DNA of 64,000 bases from Acidobacteriota bacterium. GTDB taxonomy: Bacteria > Acidobacteriota > UBA6911. The stretch lies in the NCBI GenBank assembly GCA_963664705.1, contig OY761556.1:448001-512000 (forward strand), read 5' to 3'. The first letter of the stretch is position 1. Each line of letters starts with the position of its first letter. A program made the position numbers and the translations under genes. Under the pieces are notes generated by a model that made no database searches, was not told the DNA's origin, and saw only the letters and a list, made by a program, of their open reading frames with translations. This document shows positions 28,506-38,876 of the stretch, piece by piece.

Positions 28506-28972
28506 AAATAAATAAAAGAGAAAAGCTTTTGGATCGGATGGGGAAATCCTGGCTTGATTTCTGCCAATCCTACGACGGCCTGTCGACCAAGGATATGCAA
28601 AAAACCGGGGTAATCGGGCAATGGTCTGTACGGGACATTATTGCTCACGTGACAACCTGGGAGGAAGAGACCCTGAAGCATCTCGCTGCCATGCTTCGAG
28701 GCGAAAAATGCCCGCGCTATTCCGTGAAATATGGCGGCATCAACGCCTTTAATGCATTGATGACAGAGACAAAAAAGAATCTCTCGTTTCCTGAAGTAAT
28801 CCGGCAGCAGGAAGATGTTCATGCGCAGGTGCTGCGTTTTATTGCATCGGTTCCGGAGGAATGCCTCGACAGCAAATCCCGATTCCGCCACAGGCTTCGC
28901 ATGGACACCTACAGTCATTATCCGAAGCATGCCCAGGCGATACGCCGGTGGCGCGCGTCGGAGATCGGTTAG
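28502..28972 (+). CDS. DinB/ClbS-DfsB-like four-helix bundle protein
   Basis: WSVRDIIAHVTTWE, NAFNA, HYPKHAQAIRRW. ATGA overlap with the upstream stop codon. Confidence 0.75.
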   Translation: MKINKREKLLDRMGKSWLDFCQSYDGLSTKDMQKTGVIGQWSVRDIIAHVTTWEEETLKHLAAMLRGEKCPRYSVKYGGINAFNALMTETKKNLSFPEVIRQQEDVHAQVLRFIASVPEECLDSKSRFRHRLRMDTYSHYPKHAQAIRRWRASEIG

Positions 28973-29029
28973 TCCATTTATCCGGGAAATGCCGACATTC
29001 CGTGTCGCAAGAAGGAATCAGGGGATTGA

Positions 29030-30049
29030 ATGATGATCAACATAAAAAACCGACAATTAGGTTTGAATGGCCCCTCCGTTTTTCCCGTCGGTCTTGGATG
29101 CATGGGAATGACGGGGATCTATGGTCCCTCCGATGAAGACGAAGCCATTGCAACCATTCATGAAGCCCTGGACCGAGGGGTTTCGCTCATCGATACCGGC
29201 GATTTTTATAATATGGGGCTCAACGAAATGCTGGTTGGACGCGCTCTGCGCGGACGCCGGGACCATGCGATTCTGTCCGTCAAATTTGGAGCCCTGCGTG
29301 CGCCGGATCAATCCTGGATGGGATACGATGCCCGCCCGGCGGCCGTAAAAAATTTCCTGGCCTACACACTTAACCGGCTTGGCGTCGATTACGTCGATAT
29401 CTATCGTCCGGCGCGTCTTGATCCTGCGGTTCCAATTGAGGAAACGATTGGAGCAATCGCCGATATGATCAAGGCCGGCTATGTTCGCTACGCCGGCCTG
29501 TCCGAGGTGGGGCCGGAGACTATCCGAAGGGCTCATGCGGTTTCCCCGATCTCCGATCTTCAAATCGAATATTCGCTCATCAGCCGCAGCCCTGAAAATC
29601 GGATTTTTCCCGTGCTGCAGGAACTCGGCATTGGCGTTACCGCCTATGGAGTTCTTTCCCGCGGATTGCTGAGCGGATGGAACCCGTCTCAGGCTGGTGA
29701 TTTCCGCGCCTTTATGCCTCGTTTCAGGAAAGAGAATCTCGCTCAGAACCGGAATCTTGTGGCAAAGCTTGGCGAATTTGCATCTCGAAAGGGGATCAGC
29801 CCTGCGCAATTGGCGATTGCCTGGGCTATGGCGAAAGGGGAATCCATTGTGCCGGTTATGGGGGCACGCACGCGCAAGCAGCTTGCGGAATGCCTGTCGT
29901 CGCTGGAAGTGGTTTTAACGCTGCAGGAGATGACGCAACTGGAGCAGGAAGTCCATCCCCTGGCAATCGCGGGCGACCGGTATGACGCGCATCATATGAG
30001 CATGCTGGACAGCGAAAAAAATACGAATGACGAATTGAAGGGCAACTGA
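29030..30049 (+). CDS. Aldo/keto reductase
   Basis: GLGCMGM, DTGDFY, SVKFG, LGVDYVDIY, GLSEVG, LQIEYSL, AYGVLSRGLL, PAQLAIAW. Confidence 0.95.
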   Translation: MMINIKNRQLGLNGPSVFPVGLGCMGMTGIYGPSDEDEAIATIHEALDRGVSLIDTGDFYNMGLNEMLVGRALRGRRDHAILSVKFGALRAPDQSWMGYDARPAAVKNFLAYTLNRLGVDYVDIYRPARLDPAVPIEETIGAIADMIKAGYVRYAGLSEVGPETIRRAHAVSPISDLQIEYSLISRSPENRIFPVLQELGIGVTAYGVLSRGLLSGWNPSQAGDFRAFMPRFRKENLAQNRNLVAKLGEFASRKGISPAQLAIAWAMAKGESIVPVMGARTRKQLAECLSSLEVVLTLQEMTQLEQEVHPLAIAGDRYDAHHMSMLDSEKNTNDELKGN

Positions 30050-30067
30050 TCTTCAACTCGTCATTCG
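30024..30067. terminator. Hairpin between the convergent AKR and glmS genes
   Basis: CGAATGACGA-ATTGAAG ... CTTCAAC-TCGTCATTCG. Confidence 0.55.
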
Positions 30068-30074
30068 CATATGG

Positions 30075-31928
30075 CTATTCTACGGTAACGCTTTTTGCCA
30101 GGTTTCTTGGCTGATCCACATCGCATCCGCGCAGGATGGCAATGTGGTAGGCAAGCAATTGGAGCGGAACAATCATCAATATCGGCAAGATGTAGTCGGA
30201 TGCCTCCGGTATCCGGATGACATGCTCGGCGATGCGCGATATCTGGTCATCGTCCTCATTGGCTACGGCAACAATGATCCCTTCGCGAGCCCGAACCTCT
30301 TCGATATTGCTGATCATCTTTTCATAGCGAAGCATGGATTTCTGATTCTGCGAGTCCCTGGCTGCCAAAGTTATTACCGGCAAATTTCGGTCAATGAGCG
30401 CATTGGGTCCGTGCTTCATCTCTCCGGCTGGATAGCCTTCCGCATGGATGTAAGAGATTTCCTTCAGCTTCAGGGCTCCTTCCAACGCGATGGGATAGTG
30501 GATGCCCCTGCCGAGATAGAGCGCATTATTGTGACGGTAGATCGTGCTCGCAATCTTTTCGCAGACGGGTCCCTGTTCGAGTATCTGCTGCACCGTGTGC
30601 GGCATTTGCCCCAACCCGGATAACAGCGCGTTGGCCAACCCCGGCTGAAGGCTCTTACGAATTTGGGCCAGGTAGATAGCCAACTGCAATAGCACCGTCA
30701 TCTGGCAGGTAAAAGCCTTTGTCGAAGCGACGCCGATTTCGGGGCCGCTTCGAATATACAGATTTCCTTCGCTTTCCCTGGAGAGCATGCTTCCGACAAC
30801 ATTGCAGATTGAGAGGATGCGGGCTTTTTTGCTCTTTGCTTCTCTCACCGCGGCCAGGGTATCCGCTGTCTCGCCGGATTGGCTGATGGCGATTACAAGT
30901 GAGTTCTGATCGACCAGCGGATCGCGATAGCGGAACTCGGAGCCATAATCAACCTCCACCGGAAGACGGGCGAGTTCCTCGATCAGGAACTTGCCCACCA
31001 GGGCGGCATGCCAGGACGTGCCACAAGCAACGATGTGGACTTTTTGAATCCTTGCAAGCGCTTCTTCGGGTATTTTGGCTTCTTCCAGCAATACCCGCCC
31101 GGCATCCAGGGATATGCGGCCGGCAATGCTCTCCTGCAGACTCCTGGGTTGTTCGTATATTTCCTTGAGCATGAAATGGGGGTAGCCGCCTTTTTCGGCC
31201 ATTTCCGCACTCCACTGTACTTCCTGGGGCGTAAAGCTGATTTCCTTGCCGTAGAAATCCTTCAGGACGATTCCATTCTTGGCAAGAATGGCCATTTCTC
31301 CGTCCTGCATGAAATACATATTGCGGGTATGTTCAAGCAGTGCAGGAACGTCCGATGCTACAAACACTTCGTTTTCGGATATGCCCAGGACCAGTGGCGG
31401 GCCGCTGCGCGCAGCGATGATTGTGTTTGGGCAGTCCGAGCAGATCAGGCACAGGGCATAACTGCCGCGCAGCTGTTCCAATGCGACTCTCGCCGCTTCC
31501 TCAAAAGATCTCCCCGGCAGGAGCGATTCTACAAGATGGGCAATGACTTCCGTATCGGTCTCGGTTGCGAACTTGTGATTGCCTTGTTGCAGCCTGGTCT
31601 TCAGTTCGAGATAGTTTTCGATAATCCCGTTGTGGACCACAATGACTTTTCCTGAGCAGTCTCGGTGCGGGTGTGCATTGGCCTCCGTCGGACGACCATG
31701 TGTCGCCCAGCGCGTATGGCCGATTCCATAATCTCCAGCCAGCGGATCCGCTTCAAGCGATCGGACCAGGTTTACCAGTTTCCCGGGGGCCCGACGTATC
31801 TGCACCTGCTGGTTTTTCACCACAGCCAGACCGGCGGAATCATAGCCTCGATATTCGAGTTTTTTCAGTCCGTTGATAACAACGGAAACAACCGATTTGG
31901 GTCCTACGTATCCAACAATCCCACACAT
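30075..31928 (-). CDS. glmS: Glutamine-fructose-6-phosphate transaminase (isomerizing)
   Basis: MCGIVGY, LEYRGYDSAG, GHTRWATHG, SQSGETADT, GVASTKAF, LKLKEISYIHAEG, DVDQPRNLAKSVTVE. Confidence 0.98.
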   Translation of the reverse strand: MCGIVGYVGPKSVVSVVINGLKKLEYRGYDSAGLAVVKNQQVQIRRAPGKLVNLVRSLEADPLAGDYGIGHTRWATHGRPTEANAHPHRDCSGKVIVVHNGIIENYLELKTRLQQGNHKFATETDTEVIAHLVESLLPGRSFEEAARVALEQLRGSYALCLICSDCPNTIIAARSGPPLVLGISENEVFVASDVPALLEHTRNMYFMQDGEMAILAKNGIVLKDFYGKEISFTPQEVQWSAEMAEKGGYPHFMLKEIYEQPRSLQESIAGRISLDAGRVLLEEAKIPEEALARIQKVHIVACGTSWHAALVGKFLIEELARLPVEVDYGSEFRYRDPLVDQNSLVIAISQSGETADTLAAVREAKSKKARILSICNVVGSMLSRESEGNLYIRSGPEIGVASTKAFTCQMTVLLQLAIYLAQIRKSLQPGLANALLSGLGQMPHTVQQILEQGPVCEKIASTIYRHNNALYLGRGIHYPIALEGALKLKEISYIHAEGYPAGEMKHGPNALIDRNLPVITLAARDSQNQKSMLRYEKMISNIEEVRAREGIIVAVANEDDDQISRIAEHVIRIPEASDYILPILMIVPLQLLAYHIAILRGCDVDQPRNLAKSVTVE

Positions 31929-32051
31929 GAGGCACCCCAGCGCAAGTCAAGTTTATATTAGGGATCCCGGCTGTCAGCGCCTTCACTTGCCCCGTCCCAA
32001 GGAATGGCAAGTGTGTTACAATCCCCGCCGGCGCTCTATAGCCGTGCGAAG

Positions 32052-32081
32052 ATTATAGTTTATGCGAGTTATGGGAAGCAA
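32052..32081 (-). promoter_or_regulatory. Putative sigma70 promoter of glmS
   Basis: Minus strand TTGCTT-N18-TATAAT. Confidence 0.45.
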
Positions 32082-32176
32082 CTATTCAAGGCGGTATGCG
32101 GGATATGAAGACGCCCATCCCATATGCTGTGCCCTGAATCCTTCATCTTGATCTGCTCTCAGTTCCGAGGTGAACC

Positions 32177-32659
32177 ATGGAAATAAAAAACATCGGCCTT
32201 ACTGTTCCGGAAAACAGCAACATCATCGTGGGGCAGAGTCATTTCATCAAAACGGCTGAGGATATTTATGAAATCCTCACTACGAGCTGTCCGCATTGCC
32301 GGTTTGGTGTCGCTTTTTGTGAAGCATCCGGTCCATGCCTGATCCGTGTTGAAGGCAACGATGAGGAACTGAAAAGGACGGCGGCCGAAAATGCCATTAC
32401 CATGGGGGCCGGACACACGTTTGTGGTTTTATTGCGGGATGCCTATCCCATTAATGTCCTGAATGCCATCAAGGGCTGTTCGGAGGTATGCCACATCTTC
32501 TGTGCTACCGCCAATCCTCTGGAAATTGTTGTGGCGGAAACAGATCAAGGACGAGGTGTCCTCGGGGTCGTGGATGGTTTCTCTCCCAAAGGAGTTGAAA
32601 CGGAGGCGGACGCAAAAGCCAGAAGAGAATTCCTGAGAAAGATTGGTTACAAGAGGTGA
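32177..32659 (+). CDS. Adenosine-specific kinase family (DUF355) protein
   Basis: [60 protein letters not shown]. Confidence 0.9.
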   Translation: MEIKNIGLTVPENSNIIVGQSHFIKTAEDIYEILTTSCPHCRFGVAFCEASGPCLIRVEGNDEELKRTAAENAITMGAGHTFVVLLRDAYPINVLNAIKGCSEVCHIFCATANPLEIVVAETDQGRGVLGVVDGFSPKGVETEADAKARREFLRKIGYKR

Positions 32660-32754
32660 TGCGGATTTTTGCTGGACATAAGAGCTGGTTCAGGCCGAAC
32701 CTGAAATTTGAAACCTCCGACCAGCAACCGTTAGATTTTACCGCCCGATAGAGG

Positions 32755-35214
32755 ATGGGGTTTATGCAAGAGACGAAATGCGAATTGGCTCCCGGAACAC
32801 TGCGCTGGATCTGCGACCCTTCTGTCTTTTCGTTCAAAACCACGGAGGAAATTCCTCCGCTGAAAGGTATTGTCGAGCAAGAGCGTCCAACGCGTGCCAT
32901 ACGCTTTGGACTCGATATTACTTCACCCGGATACAACATCTATGTGAGTGGCTTGACCGGTACCGGCAAAACCACGGTCATCAAGACATTCCTGGAAGAT
33001 ATTGCCTCCAGGATGCCGGTTCCGGATGACTGGTGCTACGTGCATAATTTCCGGGATCCCAACTGCCCGATGGTTTTGAATCTGCCTGCCGGGCGGGCGA
33101 AAGTACTACGGGCCGAGATGGATGAGTTTGTCCGCCATCTGAAGACGGAAATTCCAAAAGCGTTCGAATCCAAGGAATACGAAGAGAGTGTCAGCCGGCT
33201 GGTCCGCGAGAATCAGGCGGTTCAGCAAATGATTTTCGGGCAGCTTTCAGCCAGAGTGAGGGCTCGGGGTTTTGAGATTGATATTACAAAGGTAGGTGTT
33301 TCCCTCCTTCCCGTTATTGAAGGGAAGCCCGTAACGGGTGAACAGTATGAGGCTTTGGATACCAAGGCCAAGCAGGATATCGAGCGGAGCAGATCGGAAT
33401 TGGATCCGGAGATTCAGGCGTTCCTGCGTCAGGTAAGAGATCTCAACAAGGAAAGCCGGGACAAGATTACGGATCTCCATCGCAGGATGGGGCTTTATGT
33501 TGTCGGAGGACGCCTGGAGGGGCTTCGTGAACAGCACGCGGATTTTCCTTCCGTTATTGCCTACCTGAAGGATGTCGAGGAGTACATAGTTTCGCACCTG
33601 GAGGATTTTACGGAGGATTCCGCAAAACAGGAGACGGGGACTCCGGCACAGATTCATCTGGAGCCCGAAGCGGATCCGTTTTTCAAATACAAGGTGAATG
33701 TTGTCGTCGATAACACCGGACTGCAGGGCGCGCCGGTGATTATCGAAACAAATCCTACCTATTACAATCTGTTTGGTCGCGTGGAGCGACGCGCGCAATT
33801 CGGGACTCTTTCCGCGGACTTTACATTGATTCGGGCTGGTTCTTATGCCAAAGCCAACGGCGGATTCCTGGTTGTGAACGCGCACGATGTTTTATTAAAT
33901 GCAGGGGTATGGGAATCCCTCAAGCGGACGGTAAAGAATAAAGAAGTCCGGATTGAAGACATTGCGGAGCAGTACGGAATGGTGACCGTGGCAGGCATGC
34001 GTCCAGGCGCAATCCCGGCAAACGTCAAGGTCATCATGATCGGGCATCAGTTTATCTATCACCAGTTGTATGGTGCCGATGAGGATTTTCGGAAAATTTT
34101 CAAGGTCAAGGCCGACTTTGATGCGGAGATGGCCCTGGACGTACAAGGACTCAACAATTACGCGTCATTTATCAGCTCCAGATGCTACGACGAAAATCTC
34201 CTGCATTTTGATCCGAGCGGCGTGGCAAAGGTGGCTGAATATGGCGCATGGCTTGTAGACAACCAGGAGAAACTCTCTGCCCGCTTCAGCGATGTGGCTG
34301 ACATCGTTCGTGAGGCCAGTTATTGGGCGCGCCACGCAGGGCTGACCGTTGTGTCCGCCGTTCATGTGCAGCAAGCGATCAATGAGAAGTGTTATCGGTC
34401 CAGCCTGATCGAAGAACGGATTCGAAATTTTGTAACCGATGGCAACGTCCTGGTGGATGTGGACGGGGAAAAAGTCGGCCAAGTCAATGGCCTGGCAGTG
34501 ATTGATATGGGCGACACGCGGTTTGGAAGGCCGTCGAGAATTACGGCAAAGACTTTTATGGGCAAGAGCGGTGTCGTTGATATCGAGCGAGAATCGAAAA
34601 TGAGCGGCCGAATTTATGAGAAAGGCGTACTCATTCTGAGCGGCTATCTGGGAGCAAAATATGCCCAGCAGCGGCCGCTTTCAGTCGCTGCCAGTCTGTG
34701 TTTTGAGCAATCCTATGAGGGCATCGACGGCGACAGTGCATCATCCACTGAGTTGTATGCCCTGCTGTCAAGCCTTTCCGGGGTTCCAATCCGCCAGGGG
34801 ATTGCGGTGACCGGTTCCGTCAATCAAAATGGTGAAATACAGCCTATCGGAGGCGTTAACCAGAAGATTGAGGGATTCTTCGATTTGTGCAGCGCCAAGG
34901 GGTTGACCGGTCGGCAAGGCGTCATGATTCCCAGGCAAAACATTAAAAATCTGATGCTGCGAACCGATCTTGTGGAAGCCGTAGCCGCCGGACAGTTTCA
35001 TGTCTTCGCGGTCAGCACGATCGATGAAGGAATTGAGATTTTGACGGGTCGCCCGGCTGGAATGCGGAGCGAGGCCGGGGTGTTTGAGAAAGGCACCATC
35101 AATCAACTTGTTGAGTCACGTTTAGGTGAATATGCCGAGGGATTGAGACGCTTCAGCCGGGAAGAGGAGCCTGCATGGAACTCTTCCGAGGGCGATGCGG
35201 GAGCATCAATGTAG
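32755..35214 (+). CDS. Lon-like protease (AAA_32 / LonB-LonC type)
   Basis: GLTGTGKT Walker A; KANGGFL; GQVNGLAV; FEQSYEGIDGDSAS (catalytic Ser); IGGVNQKIEGF (catalytic Lys). Start may be 32764. Confidence 0.9.
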   Translation: MGFMQETKCELAPGTLRWICDPSVFSFKTTEEIPPLKGIVEQERPTRAIRFGLDITSPGYNIYVSGLTGTGKTTVIKTFLEDIASRMPVPDDWCYVHNFRDPNCPMVLNLPAGRAKVLRAEMDEFVRHLKTEIPKAFESKEYEESVSRLVRENQAVQQMIFGQLSARVRARGFEIDITKVGVSLLPVIEGKPVTGEQYEALDTKAKQDIERSRSELDPEIQAFLRQVRDLNKESRDKITDLHRRMGLYVVGGRLEGLREQHADFPSVIAYLKDVEEYIVSHLEDFTEDSAKQETGTPAQIHLEPEADPFFKYKVNVVVDNTGLQGAPVIIETNPTYYNLFGRVERRAQFGTLSADFTLIRAGSYAKANGGFLVVNAHDVLLNAGVWESLKRTVKNKEVRIEDIAEQYGMVTVAGMRPGAIPANVKVIMIGHQFIYHQLYGADEDFRKIFKVKADFDAEMALDVQGLNNYASFISSRCYDENLLHFDPSGVAKVAEYGAWLVDNQEKLSARFSDVADIVREASYWARHAGLTVVSAVHVQQAINEKCYRSSLIEERIRNFVTDGNVLVDVDGEKVGQVNGLAVIDMGDTRFGRPSRITAKTFMGKSGVVDIERESKMSGRIYEKGVLILSGYLGAKYAQQRPLSVAASLCFEQSYEGIDGDSASSTELYALLSSLSGVPIRQGIAVTGSVNQNGEIQPIGGVNQKIEGFFDLCSAKGLTGRQGVMIPRQNIKNLMLRTDLVEAVAAGQFHVFAVSTIDEGIEILTGRPAGMRSEAGVFEKGTINQLVESRLGEYAEGLRRFSREEEPAWNSSEGDAGASM

Positions 35215-35295
35215 CTAAGGCTCGGGAAATGGATTTATGCGCGTAGGATGGAGCGCTCCATAACCCCTATTCGAGTCAGTGGAGTAAATGAGTTT

Positions 35296-36516
35296 ATGAT
35301 AAGCGTGGAAGAAGCACTTGAAATCCTTCTCTCCAATCTGCCGGACTGCAAAACAGAACAGATCCCGTTTGAATCAGCACTGGGACGGATATTGGCGGAA
35401 TCCCTGGTTGCAACCACCGACATTCCGCCTTTTCACCGGTCAGCAGTAGATGGGTATGCTTTGCATTCGTCCGATGTATTGAATGCACCGGTTGAGCTTG
35501 TCGTTGCCGGCGAGAGTCGTGCGGGCGGCGGAATGCCCGGCAAACTCCCGCCCGGCGAAGCCATATCCATCATGACCGGGGCGCCCGTGCCCGAAGGGGC
35601 AGATTGTGTGCAGATGGTTGAGGCCTCGAAGCTCTCGAGTGACGGCCATACCGTCACCATTCTCCAGGCCTCAAAAGCGCGCGACAATATCGCGCAAAGA
35701 GGCTCCGAGGCGAAGGCGGGCGATGTGGCGCTCCCGGCGGGGCACCGCATCGGACCGGCTGAAATAGCGGTGATGGCGACTTTTGGCTACCGTAACGCCA
35801 GGGTATACCGGCGGCCCAGTGTCGCGATTGTTGCGACAGGCGACGAATTGGTTGAACTGGATCAGCCGCCGCGGCCGGACCAAATCAGAAACTCCAATGC
35901 CTATTGTCTTGCCAGTCAGTTGCGTTACATGGATATCGATGCGGCCTACCTTGGAATCGCCAAAGACGACAAGAATGACCTGCGCAACAAGATGATCGAG
36001 GGGCTGGAACGCGACGTGCTGATCATTACCGGCGGCGTTTCCATGGGTGAATATGATTTCGTCAAAGATGTCTTTGACGAAATCGGGCTGGAAATTCTCT
36101 TCAGCAAGGTGGCGATCAAGCCGGGCAAACCTACCGTCTTTGCGCGGCGCGGGGATAAGCTGGTCTTCGGACTGCCGGGCAATCCTATTTCGGCGCTCAT
36201 TACATTCGAATGTTTTGTGCGTCCGACTCTTGGACGGCTCTGCGGTATGAAAAGTCCAGAGTTGCCGCGCATGACGGGTGAATTGCTGGCGGATATGAAG
36301 CAGGTCCCCGGCCGGACTGCATTCCTTCCTGCCTGGGTTTTCTGGGCGGATGGCGGGTGGAAGGTCGAACCGTTGCGGTGGAAAAGTTCAGCCGACATCA
36401 TCGGGTTTACACGAGCAAATGCGGCGTATATTTTTCCAAAAAATAAGGATTTTCTGAAGCGGGGAGAAATTGTTGAGCTGATGCTGCTGCCCGATTTCCT
36501 TACGCGGCAACGTTAA
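35296..36516 (+). CDS. moeA: Molybdopterin molybdotransferase
   Basis: ALGRILAE, PPFHRSAVDGYA, IMTGAPVPEGAD, ATGDEL, TGGVSMG, IKPGKP, GLPGNP. Start moved to ATG 35296. Confidence 0.95.
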   Translation: MISVEEALEILLSNLPDCKTEQIPFESALGRILAESLVATTDIPPFHRSAVDGYALHSSDVLNAPVELVVAGESRAGGGMPGKLPPGEAISIMTGAPVPEGADCVQMVEASKLSSDGHTVTILQASKARDNIAQRGSEAKAGDVALPAGHRIGPAEIAVMATFGYRNARVYRRPSVAIVATGDELVELDQPPRPDQIRNSNAYCLASQLRYMDIDAAYLGIAKDDKNDLRNKMIEGLERDVLIITGGVSMGEYDFVKDVFDEIGLEILFSKVAIKPGKPTVFARRGDKLVFGLPGNPISALITFECFVRPTLGRLCGMKSPELPRMTGELLADMKQVPGRTAFLPAWVFWADGGWKVEPLRWKSSADIIGFTRANAAYIFPKNKDFLKRGEIVELMLLPDFLTRQR

Positions 36517-36525
36517 CAATCTATC

Positions 36526-36578
36526 GATGACGGTTTACTATTGAACTTCAGTTCTGCAATCGTCAATCGGCAAATCGG
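36526..36578. repeat. Degenerate heptamer-repeat palindrome
   Basis: GATGACG GTTTACT ATTG ... CAATCGT CAATCGG CAAATCG. Confidence 0.45.
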
Positions 36579-36587
36579 ATAAACGGA

Positions 36588-37076
36588 ATGACTGGAAAAA
36601 AGGTATCAAATAAGTTGACCCATCTGGATGACCAAGGGCGCGCGCGAATGGTTGACGTTTCCGAAAAGTCGGATACATCGAGGCGGGCCATAGCGGAATC
36701 CTATATACGGATTTCCGCCGCGACGATGGGGTTGTTGCGTAAAGGGAAGCTGCCCAAAGGAAATGCTCTGGAAACCGCACGCCTGGCGGGTATTCTAGCG
36801 GCCAAACGGACGCCTGATCTGATCCCTCTCTGCCACCCGCTCCTTCTGACTCATGTGGATGTAGAGGCGGAGCCAGAGCGAAACGGCGTTCGTTTTGTGG
36901 CGACCGTGGCCTGCAAAGGATCGACGGGAGTTGAAATGGAAGCATTGACCGCGGCCTCGGTCGCCGCTCTGACACTCTATGACATGGTCAAAGCGGTTGA
37001 GAAAGGGGCTACAATTGATAGAATTCAATTGTTGGAGAAAAGCGGAGGGAAGAGCGGTCTTTACCGGCGGAAATGA
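36588..37076 (+). CDS. moaC: Cyclic pyranopterin monophosphate synthase
   Basis: [54 protein letters not shown]. Confidence 0.97.
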   Translation: MTGKKVSNKLTHLDDQGRARMVDVSEKSDTSRRAIAESYIRISAATMGLLRKGKLPKGNALETARLAGILAAKRTPDLIPLCHPLLLTHVDVEAEPERNGVRFVATVACKGSTGVEMEALTAASVAALTLYDMVKAVEKGATIDRIQLLEKSGGKSGLYRRK

Positions 37077-37127
37077 TTTGCCGGGAGCTCCCGGATAGGA
37101 CAACGCGCCGAGATACCGAGAACGGAT

Positions 37128-37496
37128 ATGCCAATTTACGAATATCTGTGCAAAGGCTGCAAACGTAAAATGAGTTTTCTGGTTATGTCCACGGCTTCCT
37201 TTCAGCCTGTATGCAAATATTGCAAAGGACAGGATCTGGAGCAGCTGTTCTCCCGATTTGCGATGCCCAAATCCGAGGAAAGTCGTCTTGAGTCCCTGGC
37301 CGATCCGTCAAGCTTTTCCGGGTTGGATGAAAATGACCCGGCCAGCGTGGCACGATGGATGAAAAAGATGGGCAAAGAGCTTGGTGAAGATTTTGGCGGG
37401 GAAGATATTGACCAGCTCGCGGAAGAAGCGGCACAGGAGGCGGCGGGCGGCGGAACGCCCGAAGATCCGGGAACTTCTCCGAGCGACGATTTGTAG
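37128..37496 (+). CDS. FmdB family zinc-ribbon protein
   Basis: MPIYEYLCKGC...CKYC with an acidic tail (DENDPASVARWMKKMG). Confidence 0.88.
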   Translation: MPIYEYLCKGCKRKMSFLVMSTASFQPVCKYCKGQDLEQLFSRFAMPKSEESRLESLADPSSFSGLDENDPASVARWMKKMGKELGEDFGGEDIDQLAEEAAQEAAGGGTPEDPGTSPSDDL

Positions 37497-37562
37497 GGAA
37501 TCCGGCGGTTCCTGATGCCGTCGTGAATTGGATGATGGAGACGATTGCATCGTCAATCGTGA

Positions 37563-38873
37563 ATGGAAATGAGTTCCGAAATTTCGATGTCACCTGTTCA
37601 AACTGTAGAATCTCTGGCGGAAGCCTATCCGGATATCCCTTTCGAGGCGATTCTCAAAGAGGATCTTCTCCGACGCGGGATGTCCTGGAGCACCGATGCG
37701 CTGGAGGTTGCCGCGGCATTCAAAAGCAAAGCGTATTTTATCTGTTCCTTTGATATGGTCCCTATCTCTGAAATGGGACAGAAGGAGCATTTGAAGGCGC
37801 CGGAGGAAATTCGATTTTCCGGCGGCGCAAAAAATCTTCAGCCAACCGTCGTTTCTGTCCGACTGAATCCCGCTTCCGCCTATCGAGTAGAGACAGACGA
37901 AGGACGGCTTGTTCTGAGGGGCGGGGCGCAGTTGTTGGCCTCGGTCGAATTGCAGAAGTCGCCCGGCTATTATCAGCAAACTCTGAGCAGCGGGAAACCA
38001 ATCGCGGATATTGCACCCACGATCGAGTGGGGGTACCTCCTGTATCTGACCGCATTTCGTTTGTGTCAGTATTTCGGCGTACAGGAAGAATGCCAATTCT
38101 GCGATATCAATGAGAATTATCGGCAGCAGAAGCAATCAGGCCGTTCGTACACCGCCGTCAAATCCGTTGATGAGATTTTGGAGGCCCTCGAGGTTATTGC
38201 TTCAACCGATAGCGACAGCAAAGCGTACACGGTTACTGGCGGCAGTATTACGGGGACGCTGGATGGAAAATCGGAGATCGATTTTTATGTCCGCTATCCG
38301 GAGGCAATTGAGAAGCGATGGCCACGGCGCTGGATCAGCAAGGTTGTCGTGCAGGCGCTTCCTAAAGATGAGGTGACGCGGCTCCATGACGCGGGAGTTC
38401 AGGTGTATCATCCCAATTTCGAAGTCTGGGATAAGCGATTGTTTGAGACGTATTGTCCCGGGAAGTCCCGGTATATTGGAAGAGATGAGTGGATTCGCCG
38501 TATTTTGGATGCCGCATCCGTATTCGGTCCCGATCATGTAATCCCCAATTTCGTTGCAGGCGTTGAGATGGCTCCACCGGAAGGATTCCGATCGGTGGAT
38601 GATGCGATTGCCTCCACCGCGGAAGGCCTCGATTTTTTCATGAGCCATGGAATTTCGCCTCGATTCACAACGTGGTGTCCCGAGCCCTTGAGCGTCCTGG
38701 GAAAAGACAAGCAGGGCGCCCCTCTGGAATATTATGTCCGATTGCTGCGGGTTTACCGTGACACACGGGCCAGGTATCATTTGCCGGTACCGATAGGCTA
38801 CGGTGAGCCCGGACTTGGAAAGGCCGTCTTTTCCGTTTCCTCATTCATGGATGTAATTCCGCCGGTCTGCTGA
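37563..38873 (+). CDS. Radical SAM protein with non-canonical Cx8Cx2C motif
   Basis: CQYFGVQEECQFC, GGE-like TVTGG, HPNFEVWD, CPGK, NFVAGVE. Start could be any of several Met codons. Confidence 0.8.
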   Translation: MEMSSEISMSPVQTVESLAEAYPDIPFEAILKEDLLRRGMSWSTDALEVAAAFKSKAYFICSFDMVPISEMGQKEHLKAPEEIRFSGGAKNLQPTVVSVRLNPASAYRVETDEGRLVLRGGAQLLASVELQKSPGYYQQTLSSGKPIADIAPTIEWGYLLYLTAFRLCQYFGVQEECQFCDINENYRQQKQSGRSYTAVKSVDEILEALEVIASTDSDSKAYTVTGGSITGTLDGKSEIDFYVRYPEAIEKRWPRRWISKVVVQALPKDEVTRLHDAGVQVYHPNFEVWDKRLFETYCPGKSRYIGRDEWIRRILDAASVFGPDHVIPNFVAGVEMAPPEGFRSVDDAIASTAEGLDFFMSHGISPRFTTWCPEPLSVLGKDKQGAPLEYYVRLLRVYRDTRARYHLPVPIGYGEPGLGKAVFSVSSFMDVIPPVC

Positions 38874-38876
38874 AAA

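Noticed and set aside
31929-32050. Canonical glmS ribozyme
   Set aside because: AGCGCC is present but the GACGAGG core and the P2/P2.1 elements are missing. Kept only as an unassigned structured leader.
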